Origin: a virus
DNA length: 64,000 nt
Strand: one strand, 5' to 3'
IMG/VR virus record: IMGVR_UViG_3300020045_002743
Span: 1 to 64,000 of that record
Part shown: piece after piece, positions 1 to 12,125 of the stretch
Layout of the letters: each line of letters opens with the position of its first letter
Position numbering within the stretch: position 1 is the stretch's first letter
Notes under the pieces: generated by a model
What the model saw: only the letters and a program-made list of their open reading frames with translations
The model's database searches: none
What the model was told of the DNA's origin: nothing
Made by a program: the position numbers and the translations under genes

Positions 1-1256
1 TAGGAGATGCTTTTCTAGCTTTATCTACGATTTGCTCTATCAGTTCCGTCTACTTGAATGGTACTCGTGGGTATGGAGATGTTTGGTATTCATTTAATGT
101 GCAAAGTGCATTAGGCGGTAGTATAGGTACAAAAATAGGTGGTGAAGCGATTGAGTATTGGGAGCTGCCATCAGAGACTTTTAGACAGATTGATCAAGAA
201 GAGCATGAGATGTTTATTAATAAGAAGATTGAACTACTTGTTGTCAGAGATGAGTTAGTACAGTTATGGTGTGAGTACTTGGAGAATAAAAAATGAAAAT
301 GAAACAAGTCTCAGAAAAAGACTGTGAACATATTATGGATTTATGTGGAGCTTACAAATCTGGTAATCAATATTATCGAAATGTCAGCGACTGGAAATTA
401 GACACACTTGTTGGGGAATATAAACAAGGTCAATGGGAAGTTCCAAACTATCTCTACGAAGCCTGGATTAAGCCGGGTTATGCGGTAAAAAGCACCCTAG
501 AAACCTTGCAAAGCTATTCTCTGTGGGATAGACTGTGTTGGTCAATTAAACGTATTTGGGAGGTGTGAAATGAAGCATACAGAGTTACACACATGGACAT
601 TAGAATATGAAAAAGAATTAGTATCCCCTAGTAACTACCAAGAGCTTATGGAAGAGATTAAGTTGTTCAAGTCTTCATGGCCGACTGCCCAAGTTAATGG
701 TGATAGGATGGGGTATGTTTCTATTAGCTACTCTTGTTGGAGAACTGCCGAAGCTGCTGCTAAGATGTTTCAACAAAATGTTGGCCGACACGACTGGTGG
801 AAGGAAATAAAATAATGTCTCTGTCAAAATGCGAAGGTATATCCTGCCCAGTTAAACACAAATGCCTTCGATTCCTACAAACCCCTCTTGTGAAATACCA
901 AGCTTATTTGTGCCAGATCGTAGCTTGCAAAGACATTAATGAGGATGGGTGTAAATTCTTTATAGATAGTGAGGAGAAAGAGAGTGGAAATAGTTCTTTA
1001 TGAGACAATAATTAAAGCAAAGAAACCTAAAAATAATCGTGAAAAAGGATTCTTTGGTATAGTTGGAGAGACAGATAAATTTTGGATAGTTTGTGATAAA
1101 AATAGCTCACAATATAGTAGCTATGGAAACAGAACAAAATTCAGCAAGGCAACTTTAGATCAGAAGTTTTGCTGTTCAGAGTTTTGGCATTGCTATAGTT
1201 GTGGTAATGATTCTCAGACATGGCGTTGTAGGACATGTTGGCCTTGAAAATAATCC

Positions 1257-1285
1257 TTGACACACCCCTAAAAACCACCTAAGCT
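1257..1285 (+). promoter_or_regulatory. sigma70-type early promoter
   Basis: TTGACA-17 bp-TAAGCT, preceded by AAAATAAT. Confidence 0.75.
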
Positions 1286-2232
1286 ATCCCTACACACAGA
1301 ATATTGAGGAAAGATGTTATGAAGGTTGGAGATAAGGTAGAAGTGATTAATAGTGTATACGAGGGTTTTTCTGTGGGTTACCAAGGGTTGATTACTTCAT
1401 CCTGTTATGGTTGGGATGATGAGGGAAACGTCGCTATTATTTTCTACCTTGATAATAAAGGTCGTAACCCATTTCTTGCATTTGAACTAGAGGTATTGTC
1501 ATGAAAACTCCACGTAAATCCACCACTGTATCCGTCAAAGCATCTCAACAACAAATCCTAGACGCACAGAAATGGCTACAGTTTGTAGCCCATTGCCAAA
1601 TCGCCTGGGAAGACCTTTCACCAGCTTGGCAAGAGTTCTATTATGCTATGGGAACGACAGAATGTAGTTCTGATGAACTGAACAGTCTTATTACGATTGC
1701 TATTGAAGGAGATAAAGAATGAACATTGACCTTGGCTGGCTTGGAAAGGTTGTATTAGAAGAACTTGAAATACCTTGGCTTGAATCAGACCACGGAGAAG
1801 TTTTCGAGATTACACATGATGGCTATACAGAATCAGGTATTCGTGTTCATGCTGTACTTGACCGTCATACTCATAGGACTTACCCAACAGTGTGGAATAA
1901 CGCTATCTTGATTAAGGACTGGATGCAATGAAACTCTCAGAACTGAAAAGTAATATCTATGAAGAAGTTGATATGTCAACTATCTATTCCCGCATTAAAT
2001 CATACGCTGAGGATGGTGAAAGTTATGTACCCTTTGATCACCGAGGTTGTGAAGAGGAGGATCAAATTAGTGAAGCTCAAGTAGCTATCCTTCGTGAAGC
2101 GGGCTATACTGTTGAGCGGAATCGTGCATGTCTTTGGTATGAAGTGAGTGGATGGAAATGAATCAACAAGAGATTGTCCTTGAACACACGGATACAGAAG
2201 CTTATCGTTATGATGATTCTGTTGTAATTTAC

Positions 2233-2260
2233 TGGACAAACGAAGAACATCCGCTATTCT
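2233..2260 (+). promoter_or_regulatory. Probable sigma70-type promoter
   Basis: TGGACA-16 bp-TATTCT in an intergenic gap. Confidence 0.5.
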
Positions 2261-3012
2261 TATCTAAGAAAGATTTACAAAACATGTTGGGTTTATTTGA
2301 GGAGGATTAACCATGAACATCCTACAATTACGTGACACACTCCGCCAAGCAGAGCAAGCTTACACTAAAGCTAAAACTAGCTTGGACGGGAGTGATGAAC
2401 TAATCAATGCAAAGTCAGCTTTGAAAGATGCAAGATTTAATTATGCAGAGGCTGCAATGGATCTTGTTGAGGAAATGATAATGATGGGAGAATTGAAATG
2501 AATCCTAAATATTCAGTTGGAGAGAGGGTGATTCTTCAGAGTGTGAGCCACCCAGAATACAACGGTGAATATACAGTTTCCAAAATTATAGGTGATGGTC
2601 AAGTTTATAATTGTAGATTATCTGGAAGAGGTTTGGTGAGTGTAGATTTTGGTTATTTTCTAGATACCCCTCTTAAAGATAAACTAGAAGATTTTTGTGT
2701 AGAAGTTAAATGGGGCGAATCAGCCTTGCGAAAACGTCACGAACCTTCGCAAATGTCTTTCCAATCTCTTATCCAAAGTATCAAAAGTCCAGTGAAACAA
2801 GAGAGTTAGCCATGAAACTCCTAAAAGATATAACAACAATATTCATTATTCTATTCACATCTATCATAGCCTTAGGAGTAATTGTTGTTCTCTTTAAGGC
2901 TATCTTTGGTTCAATGGTGAATTTATTTGCGTGTATTGTGCTTGTGTTAGTGGTGAGTGTGGTGTATTCTCTTGGAAGATTGATTGTTAGGGAATATAAA
3001 TAGGGGTTTGTA

Positions 3013-3099
3013 ATGACATCAATAGAATTTTGTAGGCAACAGGCAGAAAAGATTCCTTATGTCAAGGGTAATGAAGGGAGTAAAAGAAATGCCATGTAA
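3013..3099 (+). pseudogene. Stub of a deaminase N-terminus left upstream of the HNH insertion
   Basis: Translates MTSIEFCRQQAEKIPYVKG..., paralleling MTKWLDFCRKRASEIPYTQS of the gene at 3825. Confidence 0.6.
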
Positions 3100-3832
3100 A
3101 CAAACAATATTAGAGGGGAGTGTTTATACTAATAGGTTTGGAAATAGCTATTCAGTTAAAACTTATGTAAGTTACGCAAAAATTCTTGTTGAATTTTCCG
3201 AGCCACATACACATACTGTGTGGTCTGCTGGGAAGGAGGTAATCAAGGGCGCTTGTAAAAGTCCCTATAATAAGAGGTTAATAGGTCGGGGTTATGTAGG
3301 TGAAGGTAAATACACACCAAAAGACCACAAATCTATTTATAGAGTATGGAAAGATATGATTGAGAGATGCTATACAAGAAAAAGAAATACTGAAGCTTAC
3401 ACTGACTGTAATGTACACGATTCGTGGTTTAATTTTCAAGAATTTGCGGGTTGGTGTGAAAACCAAAAAGGCTTCGGTATGAAAGATTGGCAACTAGATA
3501 AAGACATTTTAGTAAAAGGTAACAAAACTTACGGACCGATGTTTTGCAGATTTGTACCTAGAAAAATAAATAGCGTTTTCATTAGTCGGGGGAATTACAG
3601 AGGATCGCTGCCTATAGGTGTAGCTCTTTCTTATGGAAGATTTCAAGCTTCGGTTTGTAGTAATGGTAAGTCAAAATTCTTAGGAAATTTCGATAACCCT
3701 AAAGAAGCTTTTCAAGCATATAAAATAGAAAAAGAGAAGGTGATCAAAAGTTATACTGAAGAATACAGGGATTTTCTTTGTCCTGATATAGTTAAAGCTT
3801 TGCTGCAATGGGAAGTTTCAGAAGATGACTAA
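3089..3832 (+). CDS. Free-standing HNH-type homing endonuclease with C-terminal AP2-like DNA-binding domain
   Basis: W..M..RCY, LDKDIL.KGNK.Y.P..C.FVP..IN and LG.F....EAF.AY motifs; likely start ATG 3089 after GGGAG. Confidence 0.8.
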   Translation: MPCKQTILEGSVYTNRFGNSYSVKTYVSYAKILVEFSEPHTHTVWSAGKEVIKGACKSPYNKRLIGRGYVGEGKYTPKDHKSIYRVWKDMIERCYTRKRNTEAYTDCNVHDSWFNFQEFAGWCENQKGFGMKDWQLDKDILVKGNKTYGPMFCRFVPRKINSVFISRGNYRGSLPIGVALSYGRFQASVCSNGKSKFLGNFDNPKEAFQAYKIEKEKVIKSYTEEYRDFLCPDIVKALLQWEVSEDD

Positions 3833-4202
3833 GTGGCTTGATTTTTGCAGAAAGCGCGCATCAGAAATACCCTACACACAATCAAAGGAACGAGTGTACA
3901 GCTGCATCCTCAATCATAAAGGTAGGTTAATTGCACACGGAGCTAACGAATATTCACGTAGTCACCCAACACAAAAAGCTTATTCTGTCAAGGCTGGTAT
4001 GAGTGAGGGTAGGATTTTTCTTCATAGTGAGTGCAGATGTATCATTCAGGCTGCTAAACATAATCCTAAAGGCTGCAAGCTGATAACCGCTCGTGTAAAT
4101 CGCCAAGGAAAAATCCTTGACAGCTACCCATGCATATCGTGTATGATGCAAATCAAAGATTCGGGATTCATAACATCAATTGAATTTGGTATTGGAGAAT
4201 AA
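3825..4202 (+). CDS. Zinc-dependent cytidine/CMP deaminase-family protein
   Basis: HSE...PCISC zinc-binding motif. Confidence 0.75.
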   Translation: MTKWLDFCRKRASEIPYTQSKERVYSCILNHKGRLIAHGANEYSRSHPTQKAYSVKAGMSEGRIFLHSECRCIIQAAKHNPKGCKLITARVNRQGKILDSYPCISCMMQIKDSGFITSIEFGIGE

Positions 4203-4295
4203 ATAGAATGAAAAGTTTTTGTTGTCGTTAGTGTTTATAGCTTCTATCTATAGTTTCAGCAGCTAAATTTAACCAAAAGAATTGCAAAATAATCA

Positions 4296-4323
4296 TTGCA
4301 CGAATCAACAGATGTGGTAAGCT
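4296..4323 (+). promoter_or_regulatory. sigma70-type promoter
   Basis: TTGCAC-16 bp-TAAGCT with TG extension and AAAATAAT upstream. Confidence 0.6.
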
Positions 4324-4415
4324 TCTTGATAGCTGGCCTTGTCCTAGTTGTATGAGTTTGATTAGGGATGTGGGCTTTATTAACGTAATTGAATGTGGGA
4401 TTGAGGAGAGATAAT

Positions 4416-4961
4416 ATGAAAATTACGCTTTGCGGCAGTGCACGTTTTGAAGAATACTTTAAATTCTGGAATGAAATGCTTTCTTTATATGGGCACACTG
4501 TCTACACATTGTCAGTTTACCCAAGCCAGAAAGAATCAGGTAAAGATTGGTACGATGACCAAGAAAAGAAAACTCTTGATCAGGTACATTTGGATAAGAT
4601 TAGCAACTCAGATGCAATTTTTGTAATCAATCCTTTTGCATATCTTGGTGAATCAACACTTAAAGAGATTGAGTTTGCAAAGCGCCATGGTAAAGAAATC
4701 TTCTGTCTTGAGTCATGGGGGCAAGGTCATGGAATTAGTAAGCACATGCATTACAAACGTGTTGTAGATTTGGCTAAGTGGTTTGGTGTTCCTGATGAGT
4801 TTGGTAGTCCCATTCGTACTTGTGATTTCCGACAAAACACTTCTCCGTTATTGTTAGGTGGTGCTAGTAATATTCGTAGTAAGATTTTTACTTGTGAGAA
4901 GTTGTTTGAAATTTCTCTTTACGATAAAGCTGGAATTGACTTTGATATTAAGGATATTTAA
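4416..4961 (+). CDS. Nucleoside 2-deoxyribosyltransferase-like (NDT fold) protein
   Basis: MKITLCGS...HLDKISNSDAIFVIN..YLGEST.KEIEFA...GK pattern; RBS GAGGAGAG. Confidence 0.65.
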   Translation: MKITLCGSARFEEYFKFWNEMLSLYGHTVYTLSVYPSQKESGKDWYDDQEKKTLDQVHLDKISNSDAIFVINPFAYLGESTLKEIEFAKRHGKEIFCLESWGQGHGISKHMHYKRVVDLAKWFGVPDEFGSPIRTCDFRQNTSPLLLGGASNIRSKIFTCEKLFEISLYDKAGIDFDIKDI

Positions 4962-4962
4962 A

Positions 4963-5923
4963 ATGACTCCTCTACAATACCTAAAACAAATCCTCCAAGA
5001 ACATCTAGAAGTGTGTCAAGAAAGTGACGACTATAGTGCTGCTATTGAGGATGCCCTGTATGGAGCTGATCTTAGTGAGATTGGTATTATAGAGTGGTGC
5101 AATCACTGGCTAATTGACGTAAGAACTATTTCAGAGACTGATTTTGATTACCTTCGTGGTGCTCAGTTTGTGAATGATCAGTGGAATATTATTAAGGAGA
5201 AAGAAGATGTATAAACCAGAGGATTGTTTTGTAATTTTAACTCAAACAGATAGTCAAGGTAATGAGAAGTCTTTCAAGATTGATTCTTTTGTAGAGCCTG
5301 CTTTCTCAACACCAGAACGTTATCACTGGGCAACAAAAGATGAGAATGGTTTGTGGGAGTTGCGAGTTAAACACAAGGGTGGTCGTATAGCTAAATTCAA
5401 GTTGACAGAAGAATCTTATCAAAAGTATGGTATTGAAAAACTTGACCCATTTATTGATAATTTCAATCTTGAGTATAATGATGAAGATTTGGTAGAAGTT
5501 AAATGAAACACACCTTCGCCAGTTCCATCCTATCCCAACTAAAAGACAGCGGCCTCACTGTCCACAAAGACTTGAAAGAGAATCAATGGGGAATCTACGA
5601 TGGAGCTGTAGATAATAGCAATTCTCTACTGATTCGTTCACGTTCATTAGGGGATCTTATGCGACAGTCGGCTAAAGAGTTTGGATTAAAGTGAAAATAA
5701 ACTGTTGACAGGGGCTTTGTGTGGAGTATACTTAAGCCATAGGAAAGGAAAAACCTTTCTCCAGATAGGAAGCACAGACATGACCTACTCCATCGTTGAT
5801 ATTCAAACCAAAGCAGTGGTTGGTAAACCATATAATGATCGCGTGAGAGCCCGTAATCAAGCTAACAAGCTTGACTTGAAATATGGTGCAGTGCGATTTA
5901 CAATCCGTGTTAACTACGCTTGA
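4963..5923 (+). other. Four small hypothetical genes
   Basis: ORFs from 4963, about 5207, 5503 and 5780. Confidence 0.7.
5705..5732 (+). promoter_or_regulatory. sigma70-type promoter
   Basis: TTGACA-16 bp-TATACT. Confidence 0.75.
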
Positions 5924-5949
5924 TAATGAATAATTTTACCAGAAACCTC

Positions 5950-5978
5950 TTGACGCATTGAGAGGTTTCGATTAAGAT
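5950..5978 (+). promoter_or_regulatory. sigma70-type promoter inside an inverted repeat
   Basis: TTGACG-17 bp-TAAGAT; GAAACCTCT/AGAGGTTTC repeat 5942-5969. Confidence 0.7.
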
Positions 5979-6015
5979 TGTTACAAGCAAGACAAACAGA
6001 TATTGGAGAGATGAC

Positions 6016-6318
6016 ATGAAAACAAATATGACTTGCCAACAGAAACGTGATTTGTTAGATTCATTCGCTGGAAAATATTACAGCATTGATTGGGTAAAAT
6101 CTAATGGTGAAGTACGTCAAGCAACAGTTCAGCATATGCAACACAAGATGTTTGTGGGCGGTCATGCAAGTAAGGCTAATGTCAGCACTGTAGCGCATAA
6201 AATTGAGATGTATACGGCAGTGGATGTGGTTAAACAGGGCTGGATTAATGTAAATTTAAACACATTGAAACGTGTAAAGTGTGGTAATATAGAGGTGGAA
6301 TTTGGAGAAGAATCGTGA
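6016..6318 (+). CDS. SH3/Sm-like (WYL-like) fold protein
   Basis: W.K.NGEVR.AT ... AVDV.K.GW..VN pattern. Confidence 0.5.
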   Translation: MKTNMTCQQKRDLLDSFAGKYYSIDWVKSNGEVRQATVQHMQHKMFVGGHASKANVSTVAHKIEMYTAVDVVKQGWINVNLNTLKRVKCGNIEVEFGEES

Positions 6319-6467
6319 GTGGTTTATCACATTGTTTTCATTTGATTTTAACTATTATCTTCTTTCCATGGGTACTAGTCTGGATCTGCTGTGCAGTGAG
6401 TGCAGGCAATAGGAAGCGTAAGGAAGAGATGGATTTGCTACGTCAATTGGTTAAGGAGAAGAAATAA
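6315..6467 (+). CDS. 50-aa membrane protein (not in ORF track)
   Basis: GTG start with GGAG RBS; SHCFHLILTIIFFPWVLVWICC hydrophobic segment and basic tail. Confidence 0.65.
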   Translation: MSGLSHCFHLILTIIFFPWVLVWICCAVSAGNRKRKEEMDLLRQLVKEKK

Positions 6468-6884
6468 ATGGGTAAGTTTAAACTGGTTACAATTGCTGCA
6501 ATGTTTATTGGTTTTCTATCAGGATGTGACAACGATGCTCGTGTAGCCTCACGCAACCTTTCACAAGCAGCAGATAGCTTTGAAATTAATCGCCGTATTG
6601 TGTTTTACAATGGCATTACTGGCGAATACATGTTGTCTCTTGAAGGTCGCTGCTCATTTGATGTAAGCAATACCAATAAGCTTGATGTAACATGTAAAAC
6701 TGGACCTAAAGAGTACAAGAAACATTCTCTTGGGTTGAGTGATAACGTATCATTCTTCAGTGAACAGCTTGAAGGAACAGACGTGAGTGTATATCACTAT
6801 AAGGTTATTTTTAAACCTCAGATTATTCTTCCTGATGTTGACTTCAAAGGTAGTATTGATGCTACAAAAGATCTTGTAAAATAA
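6468..6884 (+). CDS. Conserved phage lipoprotein
   Basis: Lipobox LSGC; VASRNLSQAAD.FEI.RRIVFYNGIT motif. Confidence 0.75.
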   Translation: MGKFKLVTIAAMFIGFLSGCDNDARVASRNLSQAADSFEINRRIVFYNGITGEYMLSLEGRCSFDVSNTNKLDVTCKTGPKEYKKHSLGLSDNVSFFSEQLEGTDVSVYHYKVIFKPQIILPDVDFKGSIDATKDLVK

Positions 6885-6887
6885 TCG

Positions 6888-6954
6888 TTGACAGTTACAC
6901 CCTAAGCCCCTAGAATAAGTTATCGAAAGGTAATTAACGTTCTAGGGGCTTTTC
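6888..6954 (+). promoter_or_regulatory. Promoter overlapping a terminator-like hairpin
   Basis: TTGACA-17 bp-TAGAAT; AGCCCCTAGAA/TTCTAGGGGCT stem followed by TTTT. Confidence 0.7.
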
Positions 6955-9597
6955 TCATGACTCGCATGTACATACAACCTTCGTGGATTGACGCAGCCAG
7001 TGACCATTCAGAATGGAGTGGTGGTAATGGTCAATATCGCGGTGACAGGTCTGCTGACATTGCTACATTTGATCGCAATGGACGTGCAAGAGTAGAAGCA
7101 TTCTCAGATGATGCTATCGAGACACGTAAAAGTGCTCGTAAAACCTCTGTACCTCTCAAATCAAGAATCTTACCACAAGCTGCTAGGTTAGAAAAACTTA
7201 CAGCAGAGATTGTTGAGCTTGAAGAAGCTAATCGTAAAGGTGAGTTTACACCGGAGGAATACACACTGTTGAGGTCTGTAGCATTCGCTAAACGTGACCG
7301 TGCACAGATTCTTCTTAACAAAGCCATCAATGTACGTCCTACACACCCTCAAGAATCAACCGAACAAGATGAATTACCGATAGAATCAGCCTATGAAATC
7401 AACGATAGCCATTTAGCTAACTCCGTCTGTGGAGTAGGGATTATCGACGATTTGAGTGATGAAAATTGCCTGAAAGTATTTTTACAAAAGGCTTGCAAAG
7501 GATACAAGCTGGCTGTACACTACAAGCACAAAGCAGCAACATACATTCAATCTTTGAAGGATCTTTGAAATGAAGCAGAAAATACTAAAAAGCCTGTACA
7601 ACACTATTGAGTCTGATTTAGACGGTAAAACCCTTCTGGAGGCTGCCAAGTATCTGACAGAATTGGCTAATGGTGTATACTCTGAGATGGATGTTGTCAT
7701 TGAGTGGTCTATTAGTAACTACTCTGATGATTATGAACTTTCTCTTTTCGAGCGTAGGGATGAAACTGACGAGGAAGAAACCTCAAGGGAGTTACTAGAA
7801 AAAGCTCGAATTAAAGCAGTACTTGAACGTAAGAAGATTCAATTTGAAGCCCTCAAAAAAGAGCTTGGAGAACAATCGTGAACATCCTCCCAAATGACAT
7901 TGTATACGTCTCAAATAAATCCTCCACAGCTGTTGTATTGTGTACATACGGGCTTGACATCAAGTCTTCATCACCCTACAATAAGCATAACAAGACACAA
8001 GCTTGCCTTAAGACTCCAATCGATGGTAAGCGTTATTGGAACATTAACGATTTGAATAAGGTGGTGTGATATGGTCATTCAACTGGCTGATGGTTTTAAT
8101 GGCTCTAAAATGAATTTTGATTCCTTCCCTTTGCAGATTGAAGGGGGTCTTTTAAAACTTCAATGTTCGGATGAAGGTAAGAGCTACCTGATCAAATGGA
8201 CAACAACACAAGATTATAATCAAGCTATCCTTAACACTCTAGGTGAAACCAAATGAAACACGTCCAACAATACACTGAACAAACATCCTTCCAGAAATTC
8301 GTTAAGACATCTAAGCTAGATAGTGTAGAAGATTATAGTGATAAGAGTAGTAAACGGAATGGCTACAGCAAGCAAAGAGAATTTAAACGAGACATGTGGA
8401 GTGTTGAATAATGGACAGCAATCGTTATGAATATCTCCAAGTCTACATTAGCGGTTATGACTCTTATTGTAATTGGGGTGATACCCAACCGTGCCCATAT
8501 CAGCTTGATACTAAAGAGGCTAAGTATTGGACAGAGGGCTTTAAAGCAGCAGAACGAGATTTTTTAGGGGAGACTAAAATAATGGACATTAAAGATGTTA
8601 TGAGAGCATATGATTATGCTAATGGTTGTAACTACTTACACTGAACTACTAACTGGTGTGCTGCTGTAGCATGGTACTTAAACAATCAACTAAAAGGTAA
8701 AGGCTGATGGATATCCGAGCAACCCAAGTACGTGAACTATTTAAGAGCCGTTATCCGTGGGCTGAAGAGATTGAAGTGACAGATCGTACTGACTGGATTA
8801 GTAGTTTAACAGGTGAAGAGGCTTCTGTAGGTCCTCATTGGAAAGTAGAAGTCAATGATGATGGTGTCTGGCGTCAATTCAAACTAAAGATTAGTGTGGA
8901 GGAAGTATGAAGCTTGAAGATGTCAATGTTGTAACTCTGCCTAAAGTTGAACCTAAACAAGTCTTTGAGTGGGTTAAAACTGGTAAGTGGTCACAGAAAC
9001 AATTCATTATCTGGTGGGAGGCATACCACCGCTATATGTTTGGGTGAGTCATGAAATTCATTGAAAACAATACATACACTCTACAAACTGACTATTACAA
9101 CAGTGTTAAGGTAGTGTGTACATGGGTGACATATAACACAGCTTACTTTAAACTATCTGCGGATGATCAATCACTAGGTTCTGATTACAGGGTTGATATC
9201 CAAAGTAAGAAGCTTCATAAGTGGGACAGTAAAGGTGCTTCTTGGGACTTGATTGAGAATACATTGTCTGAAGAGACAGTAGATGATGTGTGGTCAAAAA
9301 GGGTGGGCAATGGCTCTGATTGTTATTCTTTTACAGGACAGGATTGATTATGTATTATACAAGGATTAAAGTAATTTGGCGTAAATTCCATTATACTTAC
9401 GTGTGTCAATTTAAAATTAAAAACTCCTATTCCTTCTTATTACCTTGGATAAACATGTACTCACCACTAAGCAATACCACAAACGAATTTTCATGTTTAG
9501 AAGATGCTAAAAGGCATATTGACATCTTTCTAATTTCTACTAGTGTTTCAGACTTCTTTCCGATACCTATAAAAGAAATTTCTTTTATAAACTACCC

Positions 9598-9626
9598 TTG
9601 ACAGCATTTTAACAATCCTCTAGAAT
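9598..9626 (+). promoter_or_regulatory. sigma70-type promoter
   Basis: TTGACA-17 bp-TAGAAT. Confidence 0.8.
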
Positions 9627-9797
9627 TCACCTATCAGAAACACAATTCCTAGAGGATTAAACAATGTCAATTGTTCCTGTGACGCTTCAAATCTTAGATC
9701 AACTTTTTAGCTTCCCAACAGGTTTTGACATTATTGCTTCTTGTATTGAAGATTGGTGGGAATCTTATAAATTCATCCAGAGATTGAAAATAGTAGG

Positions 9798-9826
9798 TTG
9801 ACAACAGCATGGGTCTGTATTAATAT
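9798..9826 (+). promoter_or_regulatory. sigma70-type promoter
   Basis: TTGACA-17 bp-TAATAT. Confidence 0.7.
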
Positions 9827-10600
9827 CTCTATACAGACAAAGCAAACGAGAATAATAGCCATGAGGCAATTAAGAACTCCAATGTTTACAATGCTTGATG
9901 GCTCAGAGGTGGTGTTGTTCCAACCCTATTGGAATGCTTATATACGTAAACTGTTCTTAGTGCTTGGTGACCACGGGATGTATTGTCCTGTGGTTTTTGA
10001 TTAATTTAGGAGGTTTTATGCGAGTTAAGGAAATGATTTTATGGTTAGAATCTTTAGATCCTGAGCTAGATGTATATCTTGAAGGGCTAGAGCAATCTTC
10101 TAATCTAAACCCATCTACTAACAGGTTTGAGATCTATCACGAGGAAAGGCTTTTCAATCCTAGCCACTATTCCTATGTAAACCCTAACAAAAAATCTCTT
10201 GTTATTGGTCTAGATGTATGATATGAAAATAGTAGACATCAATTCAGCAGATAAACCCTTGATGACGCTCAAGCAAATAAATGATGCTATCGAAGGCTTT
10301 AAAGTGTTTGCACAATTGAACCATAGCTATTATACTAACCTTATTGAGCAAGGCTTTACAGAAGCTCAAGCGTTGGAAATTGTTAAGGCTTATAAATTCT
10401 AATCAAGGAATAACCCCATGTACTCCCTAAAAGACATTGTACGAATCAATGACATCCTTTCTGAATATCATGGTGTTAAGTGTGTTGTTGTGAAAGTAGG
10501 AAAGAAAAGCTATGATGTAGAGACATTGAACACGAAGACTCGGATTAGAGTGGTGCAAGAGCAGATTATTGGAGCGATTAAAAATAAATCAAAATAGTTG

Positions 10601-10629
10601 TTGACAGTTAGATGTAAGATTGAGATAAT
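10601..10629 (+). promoter_or_regulatory. sigma70-type promoter
   Basis: TTGACA-17 bp-GATAAT. Confidence 0.75.
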
Positions 10630-11600
10630 CATTCCATCGAAACCAAACAGTAAAGGAGTAATACCTATGAAAATCACAAAATCTGATGTTTATCAGGCTG
10701 CTGGTGATAAGGGAATCTCAGTATTGGATGCATTGAGTATGATGCAAGCAGTGGCAGTTAAAATGAATGATGAATCTATTCTTGAATCACTGTGCGCTAT
10801 TAAATATGAACTTCTCTTTGGTGCTGATCAATGAAATACGAAATAAATGTTTATATGAAAGCTTTCAATCAAAATAAAGCTATGGAACATAGGATCATGG
10901 GTGTTTTAGAAAACCTTACAAAAGAATTTAAAGTTGCTAAACTGCATATAGAGTGGTCAAAACTATATAACAAAGCTCAACTACCTAATTAAATAAAACG
11001 GTACACAACTTAAAAAGGACTCTAAATATGCGAGTAAAAAGCCTTATATCAGAAAACAATTTGTTAACTAAAGATAGGTATTATAATGTTATTAGAAATC
11101 TTTTTAATACCTTTGACAATCACCCTATAGTTTTGGGTGACAACGGCATTCATATTATGTTGTTTGATGATGAATTCAGTAAATGTCCTAATTGTAATGG
11201 TTTAGGTGTTATAGGTGGGTTTGTAAACTCTGAATCAGGCTACGAAACAGAAGATTGTGGTGAGTGCTGAATGCTTAGGTTCTTTTATTCCTGATTTATT
11301 GGAGAACAATCATGACACACAATAGAGAAGACGTTACAGATTATGGTATATTGTTTATCATTGGCTTTATTGCTTTGTGTGCTGTTGTAGAGGGGTTCTT
11401 ATACTACTCCCTAGATTTGAATACCTAATGAAACAAAGGCTTTAGCTATTGATTTGGAGTAATCAAAAACTCCAAAGGAGATTATATGCAACCTAAGTGT
11501 GCAAAGCTTAAGGAAGTGATGGGGTTGAAAAAGGCTTTCATTAGAGTGTTTGGAGAGGAACAGCTAGTTAAAGACCACGATACAGCAATGAGGAATAGGA

Positions 11601-12125
11601 ATGTTCAACAAGTATCTAAACATCCAAACAGGGGAGATTCTGAGTAAGAAGGACATCTCTAAAGGTAAAGTCAAGCATGAGATTGATTGTTATGTGGGTA
11701 TTGACACAAAGTTCCCTTCAGAATGCTTGACACAGGATCATCTATTAGAAACTATAGGTGTTTTAGATGGATACCTTCACAAGTCACCTAAAGTTAACTA
11801 CTCAGCTCTTTTGAAGTCTGTTACAGATAATCTTCTGACAGTTAAAGAGTCTGGCATCATTAGCTATCTGTCAGAGCATGTAACAGCCTGGGACTACTAC
11901 ATTGGAAGAGTGTGTGACTTAGATCGTATCATTAGTGATAAGAAGAATCTTAATAAATATCTAAAAGAACTTGAAAAGCAAGGTTTGATTAAGATTGAAC
12001 ATAAAGGTTTCTTTTACAAGGACAGTGTGGTTATACGTATTAGTCCCTTCTATGTTTGGAAGGGAGACATGTCTTTGAGAGGCAATGAAATACGTTCTTG
12101 GTATGGTAACGGTATTAGTGAGTAA
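11601..12125 (+). CDS. Winged-helix DNA-binding protein, RepL-like
   Basis: NLNKYLKELEKQGLIKI helix-wing and ISPFYVWKG terminal motif. Confidence 0.55.
   Translation: MFNKYLNIQTGEILSKKDISKGKVKHEIDCYVGIDTKFPSECLTQDHLLETIGVLDGYLHKSPKVNYSALLKSVTDNLLTVKESGIISYLSEHVTAWDYYIGRVCDLDRIISDKKNLNKYLKELEKQGLIKIEHKGFFYKDSVVIRISPFYVWKGDMSLRGNEIRSWYGNGISE

Larger units (their letters stand above)
54..3003 (+). other. Cluster of about 13 small early hypothetical genes (60-105 aa)
   Basis: Tightly packed or overlapping ORFs (ATGA junctions) with GGAG/GAGG RBSs; no recognisable families. Confidence 0.75.
6957..11270 (+). other. Cluster of about 20 small early hypothetical genes
   Basis: Contiguous + strand ORFs with RBSs. 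Confidence 0.7.

Noticed and set aside
5705-10666. TTG starts at 5705, 9798 and 10598 in the ORF track
   Set aside because: They fall in or next to -35 boxes; real starts are downstream ATGs such as 5780 and 10667.
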